In this document: one piece after another, positions 20,948 through 33,695 of the stretch
Numbering within the stretch: the first letter of the stretch is position 1
How the letters are laid out: each line of letters begins with the position of its first letter
NCBI RefSeq assembly: GCF_050920415.1
Contig: NZ_CP169309.1
Direction: 5' to 3' (one strand)
Origin: Escherichia coli
GTDB taxonomy: Bacteria; Pseudomonadota; Gammaproteobacteria; Enterobacterales; Enterobacteriaceae
DNA: 64,000 nucleotides
Position numbers and translations under genes: made by a program
Notes under the pieces: generated by a model
What the model was told of the DNA's origin: nothing
Seen by the model: the letters and a program-made list of their open reading frames with translations, nothing else
Databases searched by the model: none

Positions 20948-21451
20948 TTACGCAGTGCGGCGGAAATTGACCAGTTCTGGTTGCGCAATGCGCAAATAAT
21001 CCGCAGTTTTCAAAATAACGGATTTATTCAGCATGCCTGCATTAAAGGCGATTTCATCGAATCGCTCGAAGAGCAATGGGTCGGCGACCAGTTTGAGTTT
21101 TGGATGGAAGCTGAAAGGGGGGATCGCGCCGAAGACACAGCCTGTGAGTTCATCGACTTCCGCCGGGCTGGCCAACGAAGCGCGTAATCCGCCTATATGG
21201 CTGGCGAGTTGGCTCAGATCGGCCTGTTGATCGGCCGCGAGGATCGCCAGAACATGTTGATTTACACCATTGCCTTTGACTTTACATACCAGTGCCTTAG
21301 CCCCCTGGCCTAAAGCGGTGCCACGAATTTCTGACACCGCTTCACATTTACCTACCGCTTCATGGGTAACGACGCGGAAGTCAGCACCTTCTTGTGATAA
21401 TAAAGCGATTAACCGCTGATGCGTCACGCTTCCTTTAGCCATTTCAGTCAT
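20948..21451 (-). CDS. yeaK: YeaK, YbaK/ProX-family aminoacyl-tRNA deacylase (167 aa)
   Basis: MTEMAKGSVTHQRLIALLSQEGADFRVVTHEA... Confidence 0.88.
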   Translation of the reverse strand: MTEMAKGSVTHQRLIALLSQEGADFRVVTHEAVGKCEAVSEIRGTALGQGAKALVCKVKGNGVNQHVLAILAADQQADLSQLASHIGGLRASLASPAEVDELTGCVFGAIPPFSFHPKLKLVADPLLFERFDEIAFNAGMLNKSVILKTADYLRIAQPELVNFRRTA

Positions 21452-21493
21452 TTCATGCTCCTGAGATTACAAGCAAACAACCACAGAAGGTTA

Positions 21494-22984
21494 TCATGAA
21501 CGGCTGTTTTTGTTCTGCTTATTGACATATAAACGCTCATCGGAAGCTTTATATGCATCATGTAACGTATCGTTTTCTTTCATCGCGTAAATACCGGAAG
21601 AGAAGCCGATCTCTTTCTGAGGCGCGATATGTTGCAGACGTTTTTCGATACGTTCAGGCAGTTGTGCTGCAATTTGCGGCGTCGAATCGACAAGAATGAT
21701 GCAGAATTCATCGCCACCGAGTCGGATGGCATAATCACTTTTACGAATCGACTGTTTAATCGCCTGAGCTAATAACGTAATCGCTAAATCCCCCTCCTGA
21801 TGACCGAGGGTGTCATTTATTTGCTTTAACTTGTCCATGTCAATTGCAATAAACATCACCGAAGAACCGGATTGCACCAGTTTCTGCAACCGCTGCTCCA
21901 GTTCAGGGGTTAAAATTTTGCGATTATACAGTCCAGTCATCGCATCACTAATATTTTCTCGCGACACGTTTTGGTATAAACGGAAGTGCATCCGGACCAT
22001 ATTCAGCAAAATTAACGCCGTCAAAATCCAGAACAGAACGCTTTTCCACGAAGACGTGATAAAGTAAAGAATATCAATGGATAACGAGACACGAATACCG
22101 CCCGGTAAGTCATGGACGTAACTGACATACTGGAACAGATTATCTTCGCTCTGGTTGATGATAATGTCGCGCCCTGAATCTGTATCAGTTAGCGTGACAT
22201 TGAGAAAACGCCAGAGGAGAGGGCGGTCATGAGTGTAAAAGATATTCCGCAGATTGTTTTTGTTAATATCCAGCAGCACAATCCCTTTTAGCTGCCCTGC
22301 GACATATACCGGCGTCAGCAAACTCATCACGTTCTGTTTAGTACGCTGATCCTGGTAAATGCTCGATAATACGGTACGCCCGGTAAATACCTTTTCAATA
22401 TCTTTGCGATCGATGCCAATACTTCCTGACTGCAGGAAGGACCAGTTATTCATCGCAAAGTACTCAACATTAACCGGCTCATAAAAATAGACATAGCGGT
22501 CATTGAGATCGAGATAATAGTGAAATTTCTCTTCGGCCATTCCAAGACCTGAACCGTAATCATCCTGGTGGCGGTTGCCTTCCACTGCCTGATCAAAAGC
22601 GGGTAATAGTGCTGCAGCTTCCACAATTGTGTCGCAGTCAGTGGATGCGGTTTGTAGTGTGCCGCGTAAGCCCGGGTATTTATGGGCAGTCAGGTTTAAG
22701 CCATGGGTATTATTGGCAGACTCAAAAGCCTCGCAGATGGCGCGCCGCTGTTCTGGCGACACTTCCGACTGCTCAGCAGCGAGAGCGCGCATCACATGCG
22801 CGGCAATACTCTGATTCTGATACTTATCATAAAGAAAGGAGGAATCTGCTCTCTGCACGATATAGCGCAGATAGGCACTCATTGCTCTGTCGCTGGCGAC
22901 AAGTTCAAAAATAAGGAAGGAAGATGTCAGCACAATGACACTTGCGGCGATAAAATGCCGGAGCATTCTATGGTGCAATTTCAT
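21494..22984 (-). CDS. dgcJ: Diguanylate cyclase DgcJ/YeaJ (496 aa)
   Basis: Starts MKLHHRMLRHFIAASV... Periplasmic sensor plus TM plus GGDEF domain with an intact RLGGDEF motif. Confidence 0.88.
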   Translation of the reverse strand: MKLHHRMLRHFIAASVIVLTSSFLIFELVASDRAMSAYLRYIVQRADSSFLYDKYQNQSIAAHVMRALAAEQSEVSPEQRRAICEAFESANNTHGLNLTAHKYPGLRGTLQTASTDCDTIVEAAALLPAFDQAVEGNRHQDDYGSGLGMAEEKFHYYLDLNDRYVYFYEPVNVEYFAMNNWSFLQSGSIGIDRKDIEKVFTGRTVLSSIYQDQRTKQNVMSLLTPVYVAGQLKGIVLLDINKNNLRNIFYTHDRPLLWRFLNVTLTDTDSGRDIIINQSEDNLFQYVSYVHDLPGGIRVSLSIDILYFITSSWKSVLFWILTALILLNMVRMHFRLYQNVSRENISDAMTGLYNRKILTPELEQRLQKLVQSGSSVMFIAIDMDKLKQINDTLGHQEGDLAITLLAQAIKQSIRKSDYAIRLGGDEFCIILVDSTPQIAAQLPERIEKRLQHIAPQKEIGFSSGIYAMKENDTLHDAYKASDERLYVNKQNKNSRS

Positions 22985-23164
22985 GATAAATGGCACTCCT
23001 TCGGTTAGTGAAACGAGAAAACCAGATAAAGTTCGATTGCGGCCTGGCACAGGGGCGCTAATTATACTCATCTCTGCGCCGCTGGGGAGGGGAAATTTAG
23101 GGGTAATAGTAATAAATTGTATGCAAAAGCCACGCAAAAAGCATGGCTCTGAATATTTTTGCAC

Positions 23165-24640
23165 TTAAATATGATGAATAATCACTTTGTTGCCCCCCTC
23201 GCTTTTCGCTTCGCGTAAGGCTTTATCTGCTTCCGTCATGACAAGCGAGATATTACGCGTGTCACCCGTTGAAAAAACCGTGCCAATACTGATGGTCATT
23301 TGTTCAGGAACATCATATCTGTTACTAAAACCGGTCAGGAGTTCGACATTTTTACGCATACGTTCCGCAATGATTTTTGCCTGGGCACTATTGAGTTCGG
23401 TAAATAGCAAGCCAAACACCTCACCCTCCAGTCGCGCTAAAATATCATCGGGGCGGATGCTTTGCTGGATAATATCGACAATTGAAACCAGCACTTTATC
23501 ACCCACACGATGTCCCCATTGGGCATTGATGCGCTTGAACTGATTAATATCAACCAGCATGACACAAAAGTCCTTAACAACAGGTCGCGACAATAATGAC
23601 TCTACGCTGTTGAAAAAGTAGCGCCGATTATAAATATTGGTCAGTACATCATGAACTGCCAGTTTGCTGGAGAGTTGCAGTTCCTGAAAAATGTTATAAA
23701 TCAGAAAAGACACAACAAACAGTTTACTGGAAACTTCAATCCCGCGACTGATATACCAGATGGTGTAATTATACTCATCCAGAGTCAGTAGAAGTAAGTT
23801 GCAGCATAGCGATGCCAGACATAATAATGCTATTAACGGCCATAGTTCGCTGGCTAATCGTGTACGCATGATAATAAAGAACAGTAAAAATGCCCACAGA
23901 CAAACCAATATTTTTGTATAGTTGATTCCCCAGGTCGCAGTATGGTTGTCCGGACAGTAATCGACGACATACAAAGAATAGTCAGCGTTATAACTGCTCA
24001 GATTGTGTGCCAGAAGGGGAAAAAATAAAAAAGGAATCAGCGCCAGCAACAGAATGCCAGTTTTTTTCTTATTGTTGTCAAGGATGTTGTCTTTCCCATA
24101 ACAAAAGAGCGCCAGCGAGGTTAAACAAATGAAACTGAGTTGGCGGAAAATATAGAAAATAGAAACATCATTCGACTTTGTCTGGATCAGTGTACTGCCG
24201 TTGATTGGTTTATGGATAATTACAATGGTTTCAACTAAATAGATAAGGCCACTTAAAAATGCAAGGCTTAAAATGAGTGTTGGTAAAATTTGTTTGTTAG
24301 TGAAATACTTCATTAACATGAAAAGAAAAATGACGGCGTTAAGGAAAAACAAAGCCACAACAACCATCAGGTAATTCATCTGTGGGATGAGTTTTACATT
24401 CGTGTTTTCGTTATATAAGGTAGTAATGCAAAATAAAATTAACGTCAGCAATAAGCTGAAAATAAAAAAGCCTTGAGCTTTTAATTTTTGTGTACCCATA
24501 GAAGCCATAAAAAGGAGAGCAATGTGAGTGCTGGATTTTATTGATGGCAGAGATATATGGTTTTGACCAGGATCAATTTTCGTTGACGATAAAAAATAAT
24601 TAAAGAATAACCCCAGGGAAATACGTGTTGACCGAATCAT
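23165..24640 (-). CDS. cdgI: CdgI/YeaI, degenerate GGDEF-domain membrane protein (491 aa)
   Basis: Multi-TM N-terminus. The GGDEF domain has a degenerate active site (RLEGEVF instead of GGDEF), which fits a c-di-GMP binding/effector role. Confidence 0.88.
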   Translation of the reverse strand: MIRSTRISLGLFFNYFLSSTKIDPGQNHISLPSIKSSTHIALLFMASMGTQKLKAQGFFIFSLLLTLILFCITTLYNENTNVKLIPQMNYLMVVVALFFLNAVIFLFMLMKYFTNKQILPTLILSLAFLSGLIYLVETIVIIHKPINGSTLIQTKSNDVSIFYIFRQLSFICLTSLALFCYGKDNILDNNKKKTGILLLALIPFLFFPLLAHNLSSYNADYSLYVVDYCPDNHTATWGINYTKILVCLWAFLLFFIIMRTRLASELWPLIALLCLASLCCNLLLLTLDEYNYTIWYISRGIEVSSKLFVVSFLIYNIFQELQLSSKLAVHDVLTNIYNRRYFFNSVESLLSRPVVKDFCVMLVDINQFKRINAQWGHRVGDKVLVSIVDIIQQSIRPDDILARLEGEVFGLLFTELNSAQAKIIAERMRKNVELLTGFSNRYDVPEQMTISIGTVFSTGDTRNISLVMTEADKALREAKSEGGNKVIIHHI

Positions 24641-24786
24641 TTTTCCGAATGATTGTTTTCTGAAACTAAATTGTGTAAAGGTTATGCTGTCATATTTAAA
24701 GCGATTGTAAGCTAATGTATGTAATAAATGAGATAATTTACAGTGAGCTAAAAATCAGCCAGGCGATAATGACCCGGCTGACAGTT

Positions 24787-26082
<1,296 letters not shown>

Positions 26083-26150
26083 CTACATTTGCCAACTGTT
26101 TGCTACGCCTGTGTTGCCGCTTCTCTGGCCCACGGTTCGCTGTCGTTGTA

Positions 26151-26175
26151 GGCCCGGTAGCATGCGTACCGGGCC
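26151..26175 (-). other. Stable stem-loop in the yeaG-yeaH intercistronic region
   Basis: ggcccggta-gcatgcg-taccgggcc, 9-bp GC-rich arms. Confidence 0.5.
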
Positions 26176-26182
26176 ATGGTTG

Positions 26183-28117
26183 TTAAGACGATTTACGTAC
26201 GCGCAAATACCATTCGCACAGTAAACGCACCTGTTTACGGGTGTAGCCTTTTTCCATCATACGGTCGACAAAATCGTCGTGTTTCTTCTGCTCGTCGGTT
26301 GACGTTTTGGCGTTAAACGAAATAACTGGCAACAGCTCCTCGGTATTAGAGAACATTTTCTTCTCAATAACCGTGCGCAGTTTTTCATAGCTGGTCCAGT
26401 TCGGATTGCGTCCGCTGTTATTCGCTCTGGCGCGCAGTACGAAGTTGACAATCTCGTTGCGGAAATCTTTTGGATTACTGATCCCCGCCGGTTTCTCAAT
26501 TTTCTCCAGCTCAGCGTTGAGAGATTCGCGGTCAAATAGCTGCCCGGTATCCGGGTCGCGATACTCCTGATCCTGAATCCAGAAATCTGCATACGTGACA
26601 TAACGGTCAAAAATGTTTTGTCCATATTCAGAATAGGATTCAAGATACGCAGTCTGAATCTCTTTACCGATAAACTCAGCATATTTCGGAATCAAGTAAC
26701 CTTTCAGGAACTCGAGATAACGCTCAGCCTGCTCCTGAGGGAACTGCTCGCGCTCGATCTGCTGTTCCAGGACGTAGAACAGATGGACCGGGTTTGCCGC
26801 CACTTCTACATGATCGAAGTTGAACACGCGAGAGAGGATCTTAAACGCAAAACGCGTGGACAGACCGTTCATCCCTTCATCAACGCCTGCGTAGTCACGA
26901 TATTCCTGATACGACTTGGCTTTCGGATCGGTGTCTTTCAGACTTTCGCCATCATAAACCCGCATCTTCGAATAAATGCTGGAGTTTTCCGGCTCTTTCA
27001 GACGCGAAAGAATGGAAAAACGAGACAGCGTTTCCAGCGTGCCAGGTGCGCAGGGGGCGTGAGTCAGTTCACTGTGATTAAGCAATTTCTCGTAGATTTT
27101 GATCTCTTCGGAAATACGCAAGCAATATGGCACCTTCACGATATAAACACGATCGAGGAAGGCTTCGTTGTTCTTGTTATTACGGAAAGTGACCCATTCG
27201 GATTCGTTCGAATGGGCGAGAATAATCCCGTTAAACGGCAAGGCGGAGATACCTTCCGTCCCGTTGTAGTTACCTTCCTGAGTGGCGGTTAACAGGGGAT
27301 GCAGCACTTTAATCGGTGCTTTAAACATCTCGACAAACTCCATGATCCCCTGGTTGGCGCGGCATAGTGCACCGGAATATCCGTAGGCGTCTGGATCGTT
27401 CTGCGCGTAGTGTTCGAGTTTACGGATATCGACTTTCCCTACCAGCGCTGAGATGTCCTGGTTGTTCTCATCGCCAGGTTCCGTTTTGGCGATAGCAATT
27501 TGTTGCAGAATTGACGGCCAGACCTTTACCACCCGGAACTTAGTAATATCGCCACCAAATTCATGCAGGCGTTTTGCTGCCCACGGCGACATGATGGTGC
27601 CAAGATAGCGTCGAGGAATGCCATACTCTTTTTCCAGAATCTGCGCATCTTCTTGCGGATTGAAAAGACAGAACGGATGATCGTTGACCGGGCTCCGCTC
27701 ACCGTTAGCGCTTAATACATAGATCGGCACGAGCTGCATTAATGATTTCAGTCGCTCAGCAAGCGATGATTTACCCCCACCCACAGGCCCCAGCAGATAC
27801 AGGATTTGTTTCTTCTCCTCCAGCCCCTGAGCCGCGTGTTTCAGATAAGAGACAATCTGTTCAATCGCGTCTTCCATGCCGTAAAACTCTTCAAAGGCCG
27901 GGTAACGTGCAATGACCCGGTTAGAAAAGAGTCGAGAAAGTCTGGGTTCCTGGGCTGTATCGACCATGACAGGCTCACCGATAGCCATCAATAGCCGCTC
28001 AGCCGCGTTGGCATAAGCACTGCGATCTTGCCGACAAGTGGTAAGAAACTCCTGCAGTGTGAACTCTTCGTCCTTGGCAGCTTCATATCGCTGGCGATAG
28101 TGATCGAATATATTCAT
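26183..28117 (-). CDS. yeaG: YeaG, PrkA-family serine protein kinase (644 aa)
   Basis: Walker A motif GPVGGGKSS and PrkA-like AAA/kinase architecture. Confidence 0.92.
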   Translation of the reverse strand: MNIFDHYRQRYEAAKDEEFTLQEFLTTCRQDRSAYANAAERLLMAIGEPVMVDTAQEPRLSRLFSNRVIARYPAFEEFYGMEDAIEQIVSYLKHAAQGLEEKKQILYLLGPVGGGKSSLAERLKSLMQLVPIYVLSANGERSPVNDHPFCLFNPQEDAQILEKEYGIPRRYLGTIMSPWAAKRLHEFGGDITKFRVVKVWPSILQQIAIAKTEPGDENNQDISALVGKVDIRKLEHYAQNDPDAYGYSGALCRANQGIMEFVEMFKAPIKVLHPLLTATQEGNYNGTEGISALPFNGIILAHSNESEWVTFRNNKNNEAFLDRVYIVKVPYCLRISEEIKIYEKLLNHSELTHAPCAPGTLETLSRFSILSRLKEPENSSIYSKMRVYDGESLKDTDPKAKSYQEYRDYAGVDEGMNGLSTRFAFKILSRVFNFDHVEVAANPVHLFYVLEQQIEREQFPQEQAERYLEFLKGYLIPKYAEFIGKEIQTAYLESYSEYGQNIFDRYVTYADFWIQDQEYRDPDTGQLFDRESLNAELEKIEKPAGISNPKDFRNEIVNFVLRARANNSGRNPNWTSYEKLRTVIEKKMFSNTEELLPVISFNAKTSTDEQKKHDDFVDRMMEKGYTRKQVRLLCEWYLRVRKSS

Positions 28118-28552
28118 GGTATGCCGTCCTTTCGTTTTTTAGCACAGGTTAAGAGCCGTTCATATGAATAGTAGAGGCTCCCGGAAGAGGTAAACTGAAC
28201 GACGTCTCTTGCTAAAACACAGCAACTCTCATGCCATTTTATCGACGATGAGAACAACGTGCCCGGTGATACACCTTCAAAATTAAGCGTAGATGGCAAA
28301 TGGAAAACTTGCCTGCACGGCTTTCTTAATTTCAATGGCATATCAACAACTCATCCATAAAATTTGCATAATTAATGTAAAGACCAGGGTCGCCAGTAAC
28401 GCGTAATTCATTTGGCTGTAAGCGTGGTGTCATCTGCGTCAGGAAAATTAAACAGTTACTTTAAAAAATGAAAACGTAAAAAGGTTGGGTTTCGATGTAT
28501 TGACGGGTAAACTTTGTCGCCCGCTAAACATTTGTTTAAGGAATGATTAATT

Positions 28553-29299
28553 GTGACCAAACTCAAACTTCTGGCACTTGGAGTGCTTATCGCAACGTCT
28601 GCAGGCGTAGCGCACGCTGAAGGTAAATTTTCCCTGGGCGCAGGCGTAGGTGTCGTTGAACACCCATATAAAGATTACGATACCGATGTTTACCCAGTAC
28701 CGGTAATCAACTATGAAGGCGATAACTTCTGGTTCCGTGGCTTAGGTGGTGGTTACTACCTGTGGAATGACGCAACGGATAAACTTTCAATTACCGCTTA
28801 CTGGTCGCCGCTTTACTTCAAAGCTAAAGACAGTGGCGATCACCAAATGCGTCACCTGGATGACCGTAAGAGCACCATGATGGCTGGTCTGTCTTATGCT
28901 CACTTTACCCAGTACGGTTACCTGCGTACCACCCTGGCTGGCGATACCCTGGATAACAGCAACGGCATCGTCTGGGATATGGCCTGGTTGTATCGTTACA
29001 CCAACGGTGGCCTGACCGTGACTCCGGGTATTGGTGTGCAGTGGAACAGCGAAAACCAGAACGAATACTATTATGGCGTATCGCGCAAAGAGTCTGCGCG
29101 CAGCGGTCTGCGTGGCTATAACCCGAACGACAGCTGGAGCCCTTACCTGGAGCTAAGTGCCAGCTACAACTTCCTCGGTGACTGGAGTGTTTACGGTACC
29201 GCGCGCTACACCCGTCTGTCTGATGAAGTTACTGACAGCCCAATGGTGGATAAATCCTGGACTGGCCTGATTTCTACCGGGATCACCTACAAATTCTGA
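28553..29299 (+). CDS. mipA: MltA-interacting outer membrane protein MipA (248 aa)
   Basis: GTG start. Signal peptide. Beta-barrel outer membrane protein pattern ending in aromatic F. Confidence 0.92.
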   Translation: MTKLKLLALGVLIATSAGVAHAEGKFSLGAGVGVVEHPYKDYDTDVYPVPVINYEGDNFWFRGLGGGYYLWNDATDKLSITAYWSPLYFKAKDSGDHQMRHLDDRKSTMMAGLSYAHFTQYGYLRTTLAGDTLDNSNGIVWDMAWLYRYTNGGLTVTPGIGVQWNSENQNEYYYGVSRKESARSGLRGYNPNDSWSPYLELSASYNFLGDWSVYGTARYTRLSDEVTDSPMVDKSWTGLISTGITYKF

Positions 29300-29330
29300 T
29301 AATGCATCTTTCCAGGGCATTTTGTGCATA

Positions 29331-29356
29331 AAAACAGGGCGTAACGCCCTGTTTTG
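29331..29356 (+). terminator. Intrinsic terminator of mipA
   Basis: aaaacagggcgtaacgccctgtttt. Confidence 0.8.
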
Positions 29357-29388
29357 CATTACGGTGGTGCAATACCTGGGAGGAAACA

Positions 29389-30243
29389 ATGCAACAAAAA
29401 ATGATTCAATTTAGTGGCGATGTCGCACTGCCAGCCATAGGGCAGGGAACATGGTATATGGGCGAAGATGCCAGTCAGCGTAAAACAGAAGTTGCTGCAC
29501 TACGCGCGGGCATTGAACTCGGTTTAACCCTCATTGATACCGCCGAAATGTATGCCGATGGCGGTGCCGAAAAAGTGGTTGGGGAAGCATTAATCGGTCT
29601 GCGTGAGAACGTCTTTCTCGTCTCTAAAGTCTATCCGTGGAATGCTGGCGGGCAAAAAGCGATAAATGCATGCGAAGCCAGTTTACGCCGTCTCAATACT
29701 GATTATCTCGATCTCTACTTATTACACTGGTCTGGCAGTTTCGCTCTCGAAGAGACTGTCGCAGCGATGGAAAAATTGATCGCCCAGGGAAAAATCCGCC
29801 GCTGGGGCGTTTCTAACCTTGATTATGTCGATATGCAGGAACTCTGGCAGCTGCCGGGGGGAAATCAGTGTGCCACTAATCAGGTGCTTTACCATCTCGG
29901 TTCACGAGGGATTGAGTACGATTTACTTCCCTGGTGCCAGAAACAGCAGATGCCGGTGATGGCTTACAGTCCATTAGCCCAGGCCGGGCGGTTGCGCAAT
30001 GGACTGTTAAAAAATGCGGTAGTCAACGAAATTGCACATGCTCACAATATCAGTGCGGCACAAGTATTGTTGGCGTGGGTAATCAGCCATCAGGGTGTGA
30101 TGGCGATTCCAAAAGCGGCAACTGTCGCACATGTCCAACAAAATGCGGCTGTGCTTGAGGTTGAACTTTCGTCAGCGGAATTAGTTATGCTGGATAAAGC
30201 GTATCCGGCACCAAAAGGAAAAACTGCGCTGGATATGGTGTGA
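29389..30243 (+). CDS. yeaE: YeaE, aldo-keto reductase (methylglyoxal reductase), 284 aa
   Basis: Aldo-keto reductase family motifs. Confidence 0.9.
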   Translation: MQQKMIQFSGDVALPAIGQGTWYMGEDASQRKTEVAALRAGIELGLTLIDTAEMYADGGAEKVVGEALIGLRENVFLVSKVYPWNAGGQKAINACEASLRRLNTDYLDLYLLHWSGSFALEETVAAMEKLIAQGKIRRWGVSNLDYVDMQELWQLPGGNQCATNQVLYHLGSRGIEYDLLPWCQKQQMPVMAYSPLAQAGRLRNGLLKNAVVNEIAHAHNISAAQVLLAWVISHQGVMAIPKAATVAHVQQNAAVLEVELSSAELVMLDKAYPAPKGKTALDMV

Positions 30244-30253
30244 TGTTGATACG

Positions 30254-30277
30254 TGCCGGATGCATCGCACCCGGCAC
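30254..30277. terminator. Bidirectional hairpin between convergent yeaE and yeaD
   Basis: gtgccgg-atgcatcgcac-ccggcac. Confidence 0.55.
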
Positions 30278-30293
30278 ACAATATTAACGCAAA

Positions 30294-31178
30294 TTAACGT
30301 TTCGCAACGCGAATGGATTGCGCCAGATGTGCAGGTTTCTCTTTGGTGACTTTTTGCGTTTCTGAAGCGTATGCCGTTTCTACACAAACAAAGGTCTTGT
30401 AGCCATCATCCGGCATATCGCCCATGCTAACTGAAAGCGCCGGTCCTGGGTTCCAGCCTACAACGTTCAGATGATGCTGGTGGCCTACGGCGATAATACG
30501 ATTCAGCGCTTCGTCATTAATTACGCTGCAATCTTGCGGATTCAGATACACGCGATCGGTACGGTCAGGGAAGGTCTGAATACCGTCGGTCAGTACATCT
30601 TCTTTCGCGTCATTTACTTTATCAATGAAGCGATCGCCTAGTCCACTGACGCTTACCTTAGCGATATCACCCACGTTAAAGTAGGTATGCAGAGCAGAGG
30701 TAGTTTCAAATTCGCCGTGTGCTTCAAGATCGATTTCACAGGTTTTACCCACGTGGAAATGCGCTAACAGCGTAAAGTCGTGCGGCCAGAATTTTTTCGT
30801 CTCTTCGCTTTGTGTCAATTCAAAAGTCAGCGCTACACCATCAGCATCTTCACGATGTGATTTCAGCGTCCACGGCAGGTTGCGGGCAAAACCGTGCGCA
30901 GGCAGACCTTGTTGTGCAGCCGGACCAAACCACGGCCAGCAAACCGGTATGCCACCGCGAATGGCGACGCCATTTTTGAACGGTGTGTTGTTACTCAACC
31001 ACAGAACTTCTTCTTCACCCGCAGGTTTCCACGAGAGAAGGTGTGCGCCCTGTAATGCAAAAGAGGCTTTTACCTGGGGATGATCGACCACAATGAGGTC
31101 CAGTTCATCCAGTTTACGACGGGAGAGGACAGGGGAGATTTGTTCGATGACCGGAAGGGCAAAAATTTTCTTAATCAT
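30294..31178 (-). CDS. yeaD: YeaD, glucose-6-phosphate 1-epimerase (294 aa)
   Basis: Starts MIKKIFALPVIEQ... Aldose-1-epimerase-like family. Confidence 0.9.
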   Translation of the reverse strand: MIKKIFALPVIEQISPVLSRRKLDELDLIVVDHPQVKASFALQGAHLLSWKPAGEEEVLWLSNNTPFKNGVAIRGGIPVCWPWFGPAAQQGLPAHGFARNLPWTLKSHREDADGVALTFELTQSEETKKFWPHDFTLLAHFHVGKTCEIDLEAHGEFETTSALHTYFNVGDIAKVSVSGLGDRFIDKVNDAKEDVLTDGIQTFPDRTDRVYLNPQDCSVINDEALNRIIAVGHQHHLNVVGWNPGPALSVSMGDMPDDGYKTFVCVETAYASETQKVTKEKPAHLAQSIRVAKR

Positions 31179-31209
31179 GACGCAGTCCTTTAACTTCATT
31201 TTATCAGGT

Positions 31210-31240
31210 AAAAAAAAGAGCGACCGAAGTCGCTCTTTTT
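31210..31240 (-). terminator. Intrinsic terminator of gapA
   Basis: Minus strand reads aaaaagagcgacttcggtcgctcttttttttt. Confidence 0.85.
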
Positions 31241-31261
31241 AGATCACAGAGTCATCTCAAC

Positions 31262-32269
<1,008 letters not shown>

Positions 32270-32598
32270 CTATTTGTTAGTGAATAAAAGGTTGCCTGTA
32301 AAATTACAAAAACCTTACGCAGCGTCAAGCGGAATCGTGTCAATCATTGCGACAAATCAATCCTGTGCCTAAGCATTACGCGACTGACTCGCCTCACTCT
32401 TCCTTTGGGCTTGAGACCACATGGGGTCGGCGCCCCGAATTTTAAAGGGCAATTACGATAAAAATGTGATTTTCATCACGATTTAGGTGCAGCCATTTCG
32501 TCGAGATCAAGTTTAGGACAAAATTTTGCCAGTTGGTGTTAATGTTTTGTTAGAATCAGTCGCGTAATGTGAGCACGATTAAAGTGAGATGTGAGCAA

Positions 32599-33012
32599 AT
32601 GGCTAATAAACCTTCGGCAGAAGAACTGAAAAAAAATTTGTCCGAGATGCAGTTCTACGTGACGCAGAATCATGGGACAGAGCCGCCATTTACGGGTCGT
32701 TTACTGCATAACAAGCGTGACGGCGTATATCACTGTTTGATCTGCGATGCCCCGCTGTTTCATTCCCAAACCAAGTATGATTCCGGCTGTGGCTGGCCCA
32801 GTTTCTACGAACCGGTGAGTGAAGAATCCATTCGTTATATCAAAGACTTGTCACATGGAATGCAGCGCATAGAAATTCGTTGCGGTAACTGTGATGCCCA
32901 TCTGGGGCATGTCTTCCCCGACGGGCCGCAGCCAACGGGTGAACGTTATTGTGTTAACTCAGCCTCTTTACGCTTTACCGATGGCGAAAACGGCGAAGAA
33001 ATCAACGGTTGA
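32599..33012 (+). CDS. msrB: Peptide methionine sulfoxide reductase MsrB (137 aa)
   Basis: [23 protein letters not shown]... with two CxxC motifs (zinc site) and catalytic RYCVNSASL. Confidence 0.92.
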
Positions 33013-33053
33013 AAAAACGATTCAGCAACTTATTCCACAGGAGCGGAAAAATT

Positions 33054-33326
33054 ATGAATCTTGATGACATTATCAACAGCATGACGCCTGAGGTATACCA
33101 GCGTTTGTCGACTGCTGTTGAACTGGGAAAATGGCCCGATGGCGTTGCGCTGACCGAGGAACAAAAAGAGAACTGCCTACAGCTGGTGATGCTGTGGCAA
33201 GCCCGCCATAATACCGAAGCTCAGCATATGACAATTGACACACATGGTCAGATGGTCATGAAGAGCAAACAGCAGTTAAAAGAAGATTTTGGTATCTCAG
33301 CAAAGCCTATTGCCATGTTTAAGTAA
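33054..33326 (+). CDS. yeaC: YeaC, DUF1315 protein (90 aa)
   Basis: MNLDDIINSMTPEVYQRLSTAVELGKWPDGV... Confidence 0.88.
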   Translation: MNLDDIINSMTPEVYQRLSTAVELGKWPDGVALTEEQKENCLQLVMLWQARHNTEAQHMTIDTHGQMVMKSKQQLKEDFGISAKPIAMFK

Positions 33327-33695
33327 GTGGTTTGTCCCCTTTTTGCCGCGGTTATAAAGGGGATAGCCAACAATAACCCCACGACTCATCTCAATTATCT
33401 CGCCCCGACCTGGCTAAGTCCCAGCCCGGTCTCTTGCAGTCGCGTTCACGCCTGAATGACTTCTCCTGAACTTAAGTCTCAGACCTATTTGGCCGGTAAT
33501 CCCTCTCAAATTTGCTCATTTTGCGTTCCACCTTCCATCACCCTGTAACAGACCCAGCCATTTTCTGCGTAATTGTGATCTGAGTTGTAAAACGCAGATC
33601 ATTATCTGTGTTTTAAAGATTTAATGTTGACCTCAAAAATCATGTGGGTAAGTATGATGGCCATCTAAGCAAAACAAAACACAGAGGATGACGCA

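Noticed and set aside
28114-28341. 75-aa minus-strand ORF overlapping the yeaG start codon and promoter
   Set aside because: It sits in the known long regulatory region upstream of yeaG. It has no Shine-Dalgarno sequence and no conservation signal that I can see. Overlap with the yeaG start makes independent coding unlikely.
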